Counted from the stretch's first letter, positions 1-10,703 are shown. The stretch is 64,000 nucleotides of DNA from Syntrophales bacterium (GCA_963662405.2 CAXXKT010000003.1:1-64000); one strand, 5' to 3'. Notes: a model not told the origin generated them from the sequence alone. Translations and numbers: made by a program.

Positions 1-331
1 ATCCCCGCTGCGAGGATGTACGCCGTCGCAAGCGAGTCAGCACCGGCGAAGGGCCGGATCACACAGGATCGCTCCCCGGTCGGCCCCCATGGCGAGGGCG
101 TCTTCCAGGGCCTTTCGCGCCGGGGGAGGGCCCATCGTGATGGCCGTGGACCGTTCCGCCGCACTGCTCACGGATGAGGAGAGCCTCCTCCATCGCGTGC
201 CGGTCGAGGGGGTTGGTGGTGGAGGGGATCCCTTCCCGCCCGATGGCACCGGTCACCGGATCGAGGGTAATCCGGTCAAAATGCTCCGGATTGGGGACCT
301 GTTTTATGCATACAACAATATTGAGAGACAT
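1..331 (-). CDS. etfB: Electron transfer flavoprotein beta subunit (5' part, runs off window; frameshifted)
   Basis: MSLNIVVCIKQVP...NPLDRHAMEEAL in one frame continues as TAITMGPPPARKALEDALAMGADRGAILCD in another; these are EtfB/FixA motifs. Confidence 0.85.
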
Positions 332-443
332 TGTATGTTTCCTCTGACAGATGGGGAAGGGGTGTACATGGCTACAATCGGTGGTATTTCTCCTTCCAAT
401 ATGGTAGTCCTTCCGGTAATCATCGATATGAAGGAAAGATTGT

Positions 444-1830
444 ATGCAAACTACCATGTTCCGGTGCAAATGTGAAGCCCTGTTTTGTGTGGTCATCCTC
501 GCTGCCTTTGTGGCGGGTTGCGGGGGAGCGGCCCCTGTCTCTCCGTCGGCCGCAACGAGTCCGGGACCGGCGCTCACGGCGAAGATCGGGCAGATGGTGA
601 TGGTCGGGTTCCGGGGGCTCACGGTGGACGCGAATTCCCCCGTCATCGGGGATATCCGCGCGGGCAGGGTCGGAGGGGTCATCCTCTTCGATTACGATGT
701 CCCGTCGGCCTCCCCCGTCAGGAATATCAAGTCTCCGGAGCAGGTGAAACGGTTGGTGGCCGCGCTGCAGGGTGCCGCATCCACGCCCCTTTTTGTCGCG
801 ATCGACCAGGAAGGGGGACGGGTCTGCCGCCTGAAGGAGGGCTTACGGGTTCCCCCCGACCGTCTCGGCCCGATACCTCGGATCCCTTGACGATGTGGAG
901 GAAACACGGCGGTATGCCGACATCATGGCCGGGACGCTGTCCTCACTGGGGATCAACCTGAACTGTGCCCCCGTGGTGGATCTGAATACCAACCCGGATA
1001 ATCCGGTCATCGGAAAACTGGGGCGATCCTTTTCGGCCGACCCGGCGGTGGTGACCCGCCAGGCGCTTGCCGTGATCGATGCACTGCACGACCGCGGTAT
1101 CCTCTCCGCCGTCAAGCACTTTCCCGGGCACGGGAGTTCCACGGCCGATTCACACAAAGGATTCGTCGATATCACCGACACCTGGTCCCCCGAGGAATTG
1201 ATCCCCTATGACCGAATCTTCAAGGCCGGTCGGTGCGACATGATCATGACGGCCCATGTCTTTAACGCCACCCTTGATCCCGAATGGCCCGCCACCCTCT
1301 CGCCGGCGGTGATACACCACATCCTGCGCGAGTATATGGGGTACGAGGGAGTGGTCGTCTCCGATGATATGCAGATGGGGGCGATACGGAACACGTGCGG
1401 GCTTGAGACGGCGATCGAACGGGCCGTTCTCGCCGGGATCGACATTCTTCTCTTTGCGAACAACTCCGTCTTTGAAGCGGATATTGTCTCCCGGGCCGGC
1501 GCAATACTGGAACGGCTGGTGCGGGACGGAACGATATCCGCCGATCGAATCGATGCATCCTACCGGCGGATCATGAAGCTCAAGGAACGGTTTGCGTCGC
1601 TGAACCGTCCGCTAGTCGGGGAGAATCATCCGCAGGTCGTCCTCGATCTCTCTGAGCCGGTCGATGTCGGCCTCCTGGACCCGTCCGCCTCTCGCCGAGA
1701 GCCGCTTTTTCAGATCGTCCAGTTCCTTTTCGAGGGTGATGACGGTCCCCTGTATCACCTGCTCCAGATCTTCGGGGGTCGCTTCGGCGGGCAGCGTACT
1801 GCTCATCTTTTGCGGTTCGAGGATCAGTGA
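444..1830 (+). CDS. Glycoside hydrolase family 3 (beta-N-acetylhexosaminidase, NagZ-like) lipoprotein, frameshift near 840
   Basis: Lipobox LAAFVAGC; KIGQMVMVGF, IDQEGGRV, APVVD, RSFS, KHFPGHG and SDDMQM motifs split over ORFs 444-890 and 895-1830. Homology ends near 1600; the tail overlapping the next gene may be an artefact. Confidence 0.88.
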
Positions 1831-3214
1831 TTCTCCGAGCCGGGGGACGTAGGCGTCCAGTTTGAGATCGTCCCTGAGTTTTTCCGCGAGGGCCTCGCTG
1901 GCGGTCGCCTCGCCGTGGGTGACGAAGACGCGGGGACGCGCTGCGGCGAAATGCCCCGCCCACTCCATCAGTCCCTTCTGATCGGCATGCGCCGAAAACC
2001 CCGCCGATGGTAAAGACCTTTGCCGCCACGGTGACATCCTCCCCGAATACCCTGACCCGTTTTTCCCCGTCGACGATCCTTCTGCCGGTGGTCCCCATGG
2101 CCTGAAACCCCACGATGACGACACTGGCCCCCTCACGCCACAGGTTGTGCTTGAGGTGGTGCTTGATCCGCCCCGCAGTGCACATGCCGCTCCCCGCGAT
2201 GACGATGGCGGGGCCGGATTTCTGGTTGATGGCCATCGACTCTTCGGTCGAAGGGGTGAACTTCAGGTTGGGCATGTCGAAGGGGTCGAATCCCCGGTTG
2301 ACGATCGCCATCGCCTCTTCGTCGTAGTATTCCTTGTTCTTGCGGAATATCTCGGTGGCCTTGATTGCCAGCGGACTGTCGAGGTAGATCGGGATGTCGG
2401 GGAGTGATCCGCTCCGCTGAAATTCTCCCAGGATATAGAGGATCTCCTGGGTTCGCTCGACCGCGAACGCCGGGATGATCACCTTTTCGTTATTCGATAC
2501 GGCGTATCGGATTGCTTCCAGGAGTTCCGCCTCGCTGTCCTTGAAGGAGCGATGCAGACGGTTGCCGTATGTCGATTCGATGAAGAGGTAGTCGGCCTGG
2601 GTGACCTCGGCGGGGTCCTTGACGATCAGCTGGCTGTCTTTGCCGATGTCCCCGGAGAAGACGATCTTGACCGGCGTTCCCCCGTCTTCGATCCAGAGTT
2701 CTATGCTCGATGATCCGAGGATGTGCCCCGCGTTGACGAAGCGTGCCTTCATGCCCGGTTCGATCTCGATGATCCGGTTCTCTTCCATGGGGGAGAGGTA
2801 CTGGATACTTGCCCGGGCGTCCTCCACCGTATAGAGCGGCTCAATCCCTTTTTTGCTCTTGCGCTTGTTGCGCCGTGTCTGCCACTCCGCGTCCATCTCC
2901 TGAACATGTCCCGAATCGAGGAGCATCACTTCGCACAGCTCAGCCGTGGGGGGGGAGGTGATGATCCTCCCGTGAAAACCATCCTTGACCAGCTTGGGGA
3001 TCCTGCCGCTGTGGTCGATGTGCGCATGGGTGAGGAGGAGGGTGCCTATCTCCCGCGGATCAAACCCCCAGTCCGCCGCGTTGCGCCACTCGGTCTGTTT
3101 CCCTCCCTGGAAGAGGCCGCAATCGACCAGGATTCGGGTGCCCTTGGAGTCCTCGATGAGATAATTCGATCCGGTTACCGTTCCCGCCGCTCCCCTGCAG
3201 GTTATCGTGATCAT
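1612..3214 (-). CDS. MBL-fold metallo-hydrolase, beta-CASP RNA-processing family, frameshift near 2000
   Basis: GAAGTVTGS, LTHAHIDHSG, AGHILGS, ESTYG, PAFAVERTQ and GMCTAGRIKHH; the FSAHAD and THGE motifs continue in ORF 1612-2136. Confidence 0.9.
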
Positions 3215-3233
3215 TGCCCGCTCCTTTCCTGTT

Positions 3234-4616
3234 TCAGAATTCGATGTTGTTGGGTGTCCGGGGGAAAGGGATGACGTCCCGGATGTTCGATATGCCGGTA
3301 ATCAGCATGACCAGGCGTTCGAACCCCAGGCCGAAGCCGCTGTGCGGGACACTTCCGAATCTCCGGGAATCCAGGTACCACCAGTAGTGATCCTTGATGA
3401 GGCCGGCCTCATTCATCCGCTCCTCCAGGATGTCGATCCGCTCCTCGCGCTGGCTCCCCCCGATGATCTCCCCGATACTGGGGACCAGGACATCCATCGC
3501 GGCGACGGTCTGACCGTCGGGATTGACCCGCATGTAGAAGGGCTTGATCGTGGTGGGGTAGTCGTGTACGATGACCGGCTTTTTGAAGTGCTGTTCGGTC
3601 AGGTAATGCTCGTGTTCGGACTGGAGATCATTCCCGAATGCCACGTCATAGTCGAATTTTTGTGTGGCCCCCTTCAGGATCTCTACCGCCTCCCGGTAGG
3701 GGAGCCGGACGAAGTCGGACGCGGCGATATTCTCCAGTGTCGCCATCAGGTTTTTATCGACGAATCGTGCGAAGAGCTCCAGATCGTCGCGGCAGTGGTC
3801 CATCACGTAGGCGACCAGGTATTTCACCATCTCCTCGCCGAGGTCCATGTCGCCTGCCAGGTCGCAGAAGGCCATCTCCGGTTCCACCATCCAGAATTCG
3901 GCGGCATGCCGGCGGGTATTGGAATTTTCGGCCCTGAAGGTGGGCCCGAAGGTGTAGACGTCCCCCAGGGCCAAGGCGAAAAGCTCCGCCTCGAGTTGCC
4001 CCGAGACGGTGAGGTTCGCCTGCTTGCCGAAGAAATCCAGGGAATAGTCGGTCGCGCCGTCCGTCTTCGGGATGTTTTCGGGATCGAGGGTGGTGACTCG
4101 GAACATCTCCCCCGCCCCCTCGCAGTCGGAGGCGGTGACGATGGGGGTGTGGATATAGGTAAACCCCCGTTCCTGAAAGAATCGGTGGATGGCGTACGCG
4201 AGTTTAGACCGAATCCGGAAGGCCGCGCCGTACTTGTTCGTCCGCGGCCTGAGGTGCGCGATGGTGCGCAGAAATTCATCGCTGTGGCGCTTTTTCTGGA
4301 GGGGATACGACTCCGGAGCGGTACTGATGATCTCCACCCGGCCGGCCTGGATCTCCCATGCCTGTCCTGCGCCCTTCGACGCCACCAGCCGTCCGGTGAC
4401 GGCCATTGCACTTCCCGTGGACAGCTTCAGGATGTCATTGTAGTTATCCAGACCCTGATCGGCGATCACCTGGATGTTCGCGCGGCTCGATCCGTCGTTG
4501 ACCTCAATGAAGGAGAATCCCTTGGAATCGCGCTTGGTCCTGACCCACCCCTTGATCAGGACCTCATCCAGGGGGCTGTCCGATTTCAGTAATTCGAATA
4601 TCTTTGTACGTTTCAT
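3234..4616 (-). CDS. asnS: Asparagine--tRNA ligase
   Basis: GWVRTKR OB fold, DCEGAGEMF, LTVSGQL, FRAENSNTRRHAAEFWMVEPE, GFGLGFERL, DVIPFPRTP. Confidence 0.97.
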   Translation of the reverse strand: MKRTKIFELLKSDSPLDEVLIKGWVRTKRDSKGFSFIEVNDGSSRANIQVIADQGLDNYNDILKLSTGSAMAVTGRLVASKGAGQAWEIQAGRVEIISTAPESYPLQKKRHSDEFLRTIAHLRPRTNKYGAAFRIRSKLAYAIHRFFQERGFTYIHTPIVTASDCEGAGEMFRVTTLDPENIPKTDGATDYSLDFFGKQANLTVSGQLEAELFALALGDVYTFGPTFRAENSNTRRHAAEFWMVEPEMAFCDLAGDMDLGEEMVKYLVAYVMDHCRDDLELFARFVDKNLMATLENIAASDFVRLPYREAVEILKGATQKFDYDVAFGNDLQSEHEHYLTEQHFKKPVIVHDYPTTIKPFYMRVNPDGQTVAAMDVLVPSIGEIIGGSQREERIDILEERMNEAGLIKDHYWWYLDSRRFGSVPHSGFGLGFERLVMLITGISNIRDVIPFPRTPNNIEF

Positions 4617-4630
4617 TTTAGATCGCTCTC

Positions 4631-5671
4631 TTACAGTAAAACGATATTGTTCTCACGGCACGTCTCGATCATGTCATCGGGCCATATGCTTGACTGTATC
4701 TCGCCGATATGGGCCTTTTGCAGATAGAACATGCACAGCCGTGACTGGCCGATCCCCCCGCCGATGGAGAGGGGGAGTTCTCCGTTCAGGAGGCGTCGGT
4801 GAAAGAGGAGTGCCTTGCGTCGTTCGTCCCCCGTGATCTCCAGTTGCCTGAGAAGTGCCGCGGAGTCCACGCGGATCCCCATGGATGAGAGCTCATAGGC
4901 GCAGTTGAAGAGGGGATAGTGCACCAGGATGTCTCCGTTGAGCCCGATGCGCCCGTCACCGGTAGGGGTGGACCAGTCGTCGTAATCCGGGGCGCGGCCG
5001 TCGTGCGGCATCCCGTTTTTGAGCTTCCCGCCGATCCCGATCACGAAGACGGCCCCCTTTTCTTTACAGATGATGTTCTCGCGTTCTTTGGGGGTGAGAT
5101 CGGGATAGCGCTCCTCCAGCTCTTCGCTGTGGACGAAGGTGATCTCTTCGGGGAGGATCGGCTGCAGGGCGCGGTAGCGGTAGCAGATGTACTTTTCCGT
5201 CCGCCGGATGACGTCGTATATCTTTCTGACGATACACTTCAGAAAGTCCACGGTGCGCTCCTCCGCGGAGACCACCCGCTCCCAGTCCCACTGATCCACA
5301 TAGACCGAATGGATGTTGTCGAGCACCTCATCGGGGCGCAGGGCGTTCATGTCCGTGTACAGGCCGCTCCCCATCTCTACTCGATAATCGGCCAGCATCA
5401 TCCGTTTCCACTTCGCGAGGGACTGCACCATCTCGACGCCCACGCCGCCGGCGCCCTTTATATTGAAGGAGACCGGCTGCTCGACCCCGTTGAGATCGTC
5501 ATTGATGCCGGTCCCCGCCTCAACGAAGAGAGGGGCCGTTACACGCATCAGGTTCAGTTCGAAGGACAGGTTGGTCTGGAAAAAATCTTTGATCAGACGG
5601 ATGGCCTGTTCCGTGTCACGCAGATCGAGGAGGGGCGTATACTGATCGGGAATATAAAAACTCGATTTCAT
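4631..5671 (-). CDS. asnA: Aspartate--ammonia ligase (asparagine synthetase A)
   Basis: NDDLNGVE, VQSLAKWKR, HSVYVDQWDWE, HDGRAPDYDDW, ELSSMGIRV, SIGGGIGQSRL. Confidence 0.96.
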   Translation of the reverse strand: MKSSFYIPDQYTPLLDLRDTEQAIRLIKDFFQTNLSFELNLMRVTAPLFVEAGTGINDDLNGVEQPVSFNIKGAGGVGVEMVQSLAKWKRMMLADYRVEMGSGLYTDMNALRPDEVLDNIHSVYVDQWDWERVVSAEERTVDFLKCIVRKIYDVIRRTEKYICYRYRALQPILPEEITFVHSEELEERYPDLTPKERENIICKEKGAVFVIGIGGKLKNGMPHDGRAPDYDDWSTPTGDGRIGLNGDILVHYPLFNCAYELSSMGIRVDSAALLRQLEITGDERRKALLFHRRLLNGELPLSIGGGIGQSRLCMFYLQKAHIGEIQSSIWPDDMIETCRENNIVLL

Positions 5672-5798
5672 GATGAATCTCCAACTTACATATTGCTTGC
5701 GTGCCTACGAGAGACACCTCCGTAGCGTAATCTGGGCGGACACTATCAAACCTTTCAGGTTGTTGCAAGATAATAGGTCCCGGCGCGGCGGTATCGTA

Positions 5799-6854
5799 TC
5801 AGAAGGTGTAGGAGAGCGATATCGAACCATACTCCTGATCATGGTCCTGGGTCTCGAACTCCTTCGTCCGATAGACATAGGCATAGGTAACCTTGAGACG
5901 GCCGATGGAAATGCCGACCCCTCCGATGCAGCCGGCAACGAAGGGCTCTTTCTCGACGCTGTGGCTGTCTCTGAAGGTGTTGCCGTCGAGGAGGATATTA
6001 CGCGCCACGGCGGTCCCTTCGAGGGCGAGGAAACAGTGAATCCCGAACCGGCGTGAGGGGTGCGGATCGGCCCCCTCAAACGGGACATTGCTTCCCGATC
6101 TGCCGGCGATGAGAAAGGTCCCGAAATCATCCGGAAGATGCCAGCCAAAGCGGAACTCCCCCCCCACATTTGCCCCGATGAAGGCGTTTCCGACACCGCC
6201 CCCGATGTAGGGGATACAGTCATATCCCCATCGGGATACGTTTTCGGGTCGCCACAGTCGCCATTTTCGTTCAAAGAAGGCATTGAGGATCGGCTCGTCG
6301 TGCAGCTGGTGTTTCCACCCCTTGGGCTCCCCGACATCGATCCATTTGTGGTAGGCCTTCTGACAGTCCTCCGCGTAGGAATGAGGGCCGACTATCCCCA
6401 CGTCGAATTCCAGGGTGTCCATCCGGCGATCATCCCTCCCATGGAACGCGACCGCCAGATAGAGAACCCCGGCATAGGGACGGTCATCCCGTATGAGATT
6501 GCTGCCGCCGGTATCGCTTGGTGTGTACATGTTTTGTCCGAATGCGAACGATACATATCTCAGATCCCCCGTTTGATTGACAAGGGGCAATCGCTCAATG
6601 AGGGGGGTGCTCCACTCGGGGACAAGCGGATGATCACGGTATGTCCTCAGATCCGGCGAGGCCCATGAGAGCTTCAGCCCCTGCGTGTAGCCCCGATCTG
6701 TATCGTAGAACACATCGTTTTCGAGGTGAAGGGTCATGGTTCCCATAAGCCGGGCGGAGCCGTCATCCCCATGGACCGGCAGGGGTAAGAGGGAGAAGCA
6801 GAATAACAAACAGCTGAGGATGAGGGCCTTGCGGGTGTTTCGGTGTCTATGCAT
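5799..6854 (-). CDS. Lipid A deacylase LpxR family outer-membrane protein (DUF2219)
   Basis: Signal peptide; ENDVF...DRGYTQG, GQNMYTP, DRPYAG, GWKHQL, RNILLDGNTF; C-terminal aromatic residue (YTF). Confidence 0.85.
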   Translation of the reverse strand: MHRHRNTRKALILSCLLFCFSLLPLPVHGDDGSARLMGTMTLHLENDVFYDTDRGYTQGLKLSWASPDLRTYRDHPLVPEWSTPLIERLPLVNQTGDLRYVSFAFGQNMYTPSDTGGSNLIRDDRPYAGVLYLAVAFHGRDDRRMDTLEFDVGIVGPHSYAEDCQKAYHKWIDVGEPKGWKHQLHDEPILNAFFERKWRLWRPENVSRWGYDCIPYIGGGVGNAFIGANVGGEFRFGWHLPDDFGTFLIAGRSGSNVPFEGADPHPSRRFGIHCFLALEGTAVARNILLDGNTFRDSHSVEKEPFVAGCIGGVGISIGRLKVTYAYVYRTKEFETQDHDQEYGSISLSYTF

Positions 6855-6983
6855 CGTGCAGCGAACCAATTGTTTCGTTATCGATTTGTAGTCGGCCATG
6901 CAAGAGGGTATCCTGCCGTATTCCTTGCCCCTCGCGCTCAGGGAACCTTTTTCGTGGGGTATTCCCCGCAAAACATCATGAAG

Positions 6984-7716
6984 CTACCTTTTCCCCACCG
7001 TCCTGTCAAGGTCGGCGAGGGCGATCAGGTATCCGTATCCGGCACGGTAGTAGTTTGAATCGGCCTGTGTCGGAAAGGCCCGTGCATCCAGGATGTCCGA
7101 CGATGTCACCATCTGCTGATCATACTGGATCTTGGCAATCCGCCAGTTCTCCTGTGCCTGTTCGAGTGCCTTCTGTGCCGTTTCGATATTTGCCCGGGCG
7201 ACGCCCAGGGTGAGAAACGCACTGGTAATCTCCAACCGGACCCCGTCTTCGATCTCCCTCAGCCGGTTGATCAGGGCAAGCCGTTCATCGGCCCGGACCT
7301 TTTCGCGGTTTTGGAGGGCACTTGCCAGGGCGACCTGGGAGCGGAGGAGATCGTTGCGGGGGATCAGTCCCTGGTCGAAGAATTCCTGCGCGTCGTCCCT
7401 TTGGGCCGTCAAGGTCTCCACCTCGTCTTCGGCGACGGCCACCATCTTCTGTGAGAGGAGCACCGTGAAATAGGCCTGTTTCACGTCGCGGGCGATATCG
7501 AGGATGGCCTGTTGCTTTTCTTCTTCCCGTATTGCGTCCTGCAGTCTGGTCATCTCGTATTGCGACGTCAGGGCGAACCCCGTGAAGAGGGGCTGGATCA
7601 GGGAGATGTCCCAGTGAAACTGTGTCCTGTCGGCGGTCTGCATCGACATCGCCCCCATCTTCTGAAAGGGTTTTTCCTTCAGTGTCAATCCTGGTGTGAC
7701 ATCGTCGGCGCAGAGG
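6984..7716 (-). pseudogene. Internally deleted second copy of the TolC gene at 17641-18999
   Basis: About 95% identical by eye to 17641-17934, 18305-18711 and 18856-18891, with 375-nt and 144-nt in-frame deletions; signal peptide missing. Confidence 0.9.
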
Positions 7717-7866
7717 GGGCTTCACTCAGGTTGGCGAGGAGTTTGGAAACCCGTTGTTTGTCCTTCCGGGTGATCTGGACCGGGGCGCGTGTCTCTTCGA
7801 TGTCCTCGAGGGTTTCAAGGGTGATCGGACGGCCTTCCACGCCGGGAAAGAGAAGCCGGGACCTTC
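7705..7866 (-). pseudogene. Fragment of the RND permease gene (copy of about 19601-19765)
   Basis: Encodes LFPGVEGRPITLETLEDIEETRAPVQITRKDKQRVSKLLANLSE, near-identical to the permease at 18996-22073. Confidence 0.88.
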
Positions 7867-8086
7867 TCCTGTCGCTTATGGATGAAACCGCAACGCGCGG
7901 CGTCGGGAAATCTGCCGCCGAGTCGAAGCCGGATAAGGAGCCTCTCTGAACATCCCCCTCCATTGCCGGAAACGATTTCGTCGCACCTCGGATATCAATC
8001 TCCACCCCTCCTGTCTCTCTGATCTGTTCATCCCATTGTAAAAAAGTGTATGAGCAGTGCATCTTCCCTTCAGCGGAGAAGACTCC

Positions 8087-8107
8087 GGGGGGGGGGGGGA
8101 TTTTTTT
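8087..8107. repeat. Homopolymer tract G13-A-T7
   Basis: Directly visible; adjacent to the TTGACAACTGGTCAA inverted repeat at 8110-8124, upstream of hydA. Confidence 0.8.
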
Positions 8108-8397
8108 GGTTGACAACTGGTCAAAAATGACATAAGGCACGATTATTCAAATCGTGCTACCAAAATGATTCCCCTCGGTCGGGGATGTGCGCTGCTGGGA
8201 TGACGAAGTGGGCCGGAGGTTGCGTGGGATCGTGCACAGTAAAGTCGTGATCACCTCTTCAGCAAAAACAATCGGGCTGAAATGTCAAATCCTCATGCGC
8301 AGCCGGGACAGGTTTTGCCCGACGGTTGGATATGTGTGCAGGCAACATCAGGATCGTGTTGATTATTCATAAAATCTGAAAAACGGAGGAGGAGAAA

Positions 8398-9672
8398 GTG
8401 AACGCAGAAGCCAGAACTTATCAGAAGGGAGAGATCCCGGGTATCATCGCGATCGATGCGGATGTATGCAAGGGCTGCGATTCCTGTAAGCGTTACTGCC
8501 CCACGGGGGCCATCTCGGGGATGTTCGGCGCCATTCACGCCATTGACGTGGAGAAGTGCATCAACTGCGGCCAGTGCCTGATCAACTGTCCCTTCGGTGC
8601 CGTTTTCGAGACCGTTGATACGGTCGACACAGTAATCGCGAAGCTGCGGGACAAGAACGTCACGGTCGTCGGGATCCCCGCCCCCGCGGTCCGCGTGGCC
8701 ATCGGTGAGGAATTCGGGATGCCCGACGGGTCTCTGGTCACGAAGGAGATGTACGGGGCGATGAAAAAGGCGGGATTCGAGATCCTGGACAACAACTTCG
8801 CGGCTGACCTGACCATCATGGAAGAGGGGACGGAATTTATCGTCAGGGCGCGGCACGCCCTCTTCGGCGAGGAGGGGCATGGTCATGTGGGTCCCCTTCC
8901 CCAGTTCACCTCCTGTTGCCCCGCCTGGGTCCGGTACCTGGAGACTAAGTACCCGTCACTGATCCCGCATGTGTCATCCGCGAAATCCCCTCAGCAGATG
9001 GCCGGGCCACTCGCCAAGACATACGGCGCCTTGAAGATCTGGAAAAAACCTCCGGAAAGGATATACACCGTGGGGATCATGCCCTGCACGGCCAAGAAGT
9101 TCGAGGCGTCCCGTCCCGAGTTCACCAGCGCCTATCATTTCCTCAAGAAGGAGGGGAAGGCCGGTTCCGATACCCCCTACCCGGATATTGACACGGTCCT
9201 GACGACCCGTGACCTCGCCCGTCTCTTCAGGAAGATGAAGATCGACTTTAAGAATGCCGGTGATGTCGACGGCGGTCCCCTGGCCGAGTACACCGGCGCG
9301 GGGACGATCTTCGGCAATACGGGCGGCGTGATGGAGGCCGCGGTTCGAACGGCCTACAAGGTGTTGACCGGCAGCGAGCTGAAGCCCCTTGAGTTCAAGC
9401 CGGTGAGGGGAATGAAGGGGGTCAAGAGCGCCTCCGTCACCCTGATGGACACGAAGTACGGCAAGGAAGTGACCGTCAACCTGGCCGTCGTCAACGGAAT
9501 GAAGGGCAACATAGAGCCGGTTCTGGAGAAGGTAATGGCGGGGACCTCCCCGTACCACTTCATCGAGGTCATGAACTGCCCCGGCGGGTGTGTCAACGGG
9601 GGCGGACAGCCGATCAAGTCCGAGGGATCTTCCTGGCTGCAGGCCGCCCTGCCGCTGTTCGGCTGGAAGTAA
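8398..9672 (+). CDS. hydA: [FeFe] hydrogenase large subunit, group A, 2x[4Fe-4S] plus H-cluster
   Basis: Two ferredoxin motifs (CKGCDSCKRYCP, CINCGQCLINCP); H-cluster motifs FTSCCPAW, MPCTAKKFE, EVMNCPGGCVNGGGQP; GGAGG RBS before GTG. Confidence 0.95.
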   Translation: MNAEARTYQKGEIPGIIAIDADVCKGCDSCKRYCPTGAISGMFGAIHAIDVEKCINCGQCLINCPFGAVFETVDTVDTVIAKLRDKNVTVVGIPAPAVRVAIGEEFGMPDGSLVTKEMYGAMKKAGFEILDNNFAADLTIMEEGTEFIVRARHALFGEEGHGHVGPLPQFTSCCPAWVRYLETKYPSLIPHVSSAKSPQQMAGPLAKTYGALKIWKKPPERIYTVGIMPCTAKKFEASRPEFTSAYHFLKKEGKAGSDTPYPDIDTVLTTRDLARLFRKMKIDFKNAGDVDGGPLAEYTGAGTIFGNTGGVMEAAVRTAYKVLTGSELKPLEFKPVRGMKGVKSASVTLMDTKYGKEVTVNLAVVNGMKGNIEPVLEKVMAGTSPYHFIEVMNCPGGCVNGGGQPIKSEGSSWLQAALPLFGWK

Positions 9673-9688
9673 GGGAAAGGAGAGAGAA

Positions 9689-10006
9689 ATGAAAGACAAA
9701 AGATATCAGTACGAAGAGAGCCCTTCCTATGTCTCGCGGAGGGAATTCATGACGATCAGCGGTATTGTAATCGCCATCCTTGCCCTCCCCGCCGTCTGGA
9801 TCCGATCGGCGGTCGTCAAACGGAACGGCTACATCCGGGCGCGGATCGGCGGACTGTACAAGGATGACGCGGGCTCGAAGATCCGGGTCAGCCATGCCAA
9901 CAGCGGAGTGGCACGACTCTACACGGACTTTGCCGGTCACCCCCTGAGTGAAGTATCGGAGGAACTGTTTCACACCGAACACTATATCGACAGAACCCGT
10001 ATCTAA
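9689..10006 (+). CDS. hydB: [FeFe] hydrogenase small subunit with Tat signal
   Basis: SRREFM twin-arginine motif plus hydrophobic stretch; RIGGLYKDD...RVSHAN...LY...PLS...LFHT small-subunit motif. Confidence 0.9.
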   Translation: MKDKRYQYEESPSYVSRREFMTISGIVIAILALPAVWIRSAVVKRNGYIRARIGGLYKDDAGSKIRVSHANSGVARLYTDFAGHPLSEVSEELFHTEHYIDRTRI

Positions 10007-10021
10007 AAAGGAGCACGTCTG

Positions 10022-10672
10022 ATGAGCACAAACAATACATGGATATTAAAACATCCTTGGAGTGTACGATCTTTTCACTATCTGCTGGTACTGAGTTTCG
10101 TCCCCCTGGCGGTTACGGGAGTGGTACTCTTCTTCAAACCCTTTGACGAAATGACGATGAACCGGTACATGCAGGTCCACGTGGTAATGGGGGTCATCCT
10201 GACCCTGGACGCCGTCGCCTATTTCATCATCGGTTTCAACCGCGTGATCGCCTTCGTCAAGCGGAGTTTCTCCTGCTCGGCGAATGATATCAAATGGTTT
10301 TCCATACTGGGCGGATACCCCCAGAAGTTCCTCCTGAGGAAAAAGGTCCCGGTACCCCCTATGGGGAAGTACAACTCCGGGCAGAAGCTGTTCGGGATCT
10401 GCGTCCTCATCGGTGGTACCATTCTCATCGCGACCGGATGGGGGCTGTGGGGATTCCCCCATATCCTTCCGCACGGGATGGCGGCCCTTTTCGGGACGCT
10501 CCATCTCGTCTTCGGCTGGATACTGGCCCTCTTTCTCCTGGTCCATATTTTCCTGGGGATCTACATGTTCGACGATTTCAAGGCCATGTTCCTCCATGGG
10601 AAGATCCCCTATGAAGAGGCGAAGGAGATGGCTCCTCTCTGGGTGAAGAATGAAATTGTAAAAATCGATTGA
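10022..10672 (+). CDS. Di-heme cytochrome b membrane subunit (FdnI/Ni-hydrogenase cytochrome b family)
   Basis: Four hydrophobic helices with His ligands (FHY, VHV, LHL, VHI) and the GKYNSGQKL motif. Confidence 0.88.
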   Translation: MSTNNTWILKHPWSVRSFHYLLVLSFVPLAVTGVVLFFKPFDEMTMNRYMQVHVVMGVILTLDAVAYFIIGFNRVIAFVKRSFSCSANDIKWFSILGGYPQKFLLRKKVPVPPMGKYNSGQKLFGICVLIGGTILIATGWGLWGFPHILPHGMAALFGTLHLVFGWILALFLLVHIFLGIYMFDDFKAMFLHGKIPYEEAKEMAPLWVKNEIVKID

Positions 10673-10703
10673 CGGTCAGTCAGTTAACGTAAAAAACATG
10701 CAA

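Noticed and set aside
1600..1830. 219-nt tail-to-tail overlap of the GH3 and nuclease genes
   Set aside because: The extension is simply the antisense of the neighbour; a single indel near 1600 would restore a normal stop.
1..2010. Frameshifts in etfB, the GH3 gene and the beta-CASP gene as programmed frameshifting or pseudogenes
   Set aside because: The GH3 (about 840) and beta-CASP (about 2000) shifts are single extra bases in short homopolymers and the genes are otherwise intact; sequencing or assembly error is the simpler explanation.
8135..8150. Sigma54 promoter for hydA (AGGCACGATTATTCA)
   Set aside because: The -12 GC dinucleotide is missing.
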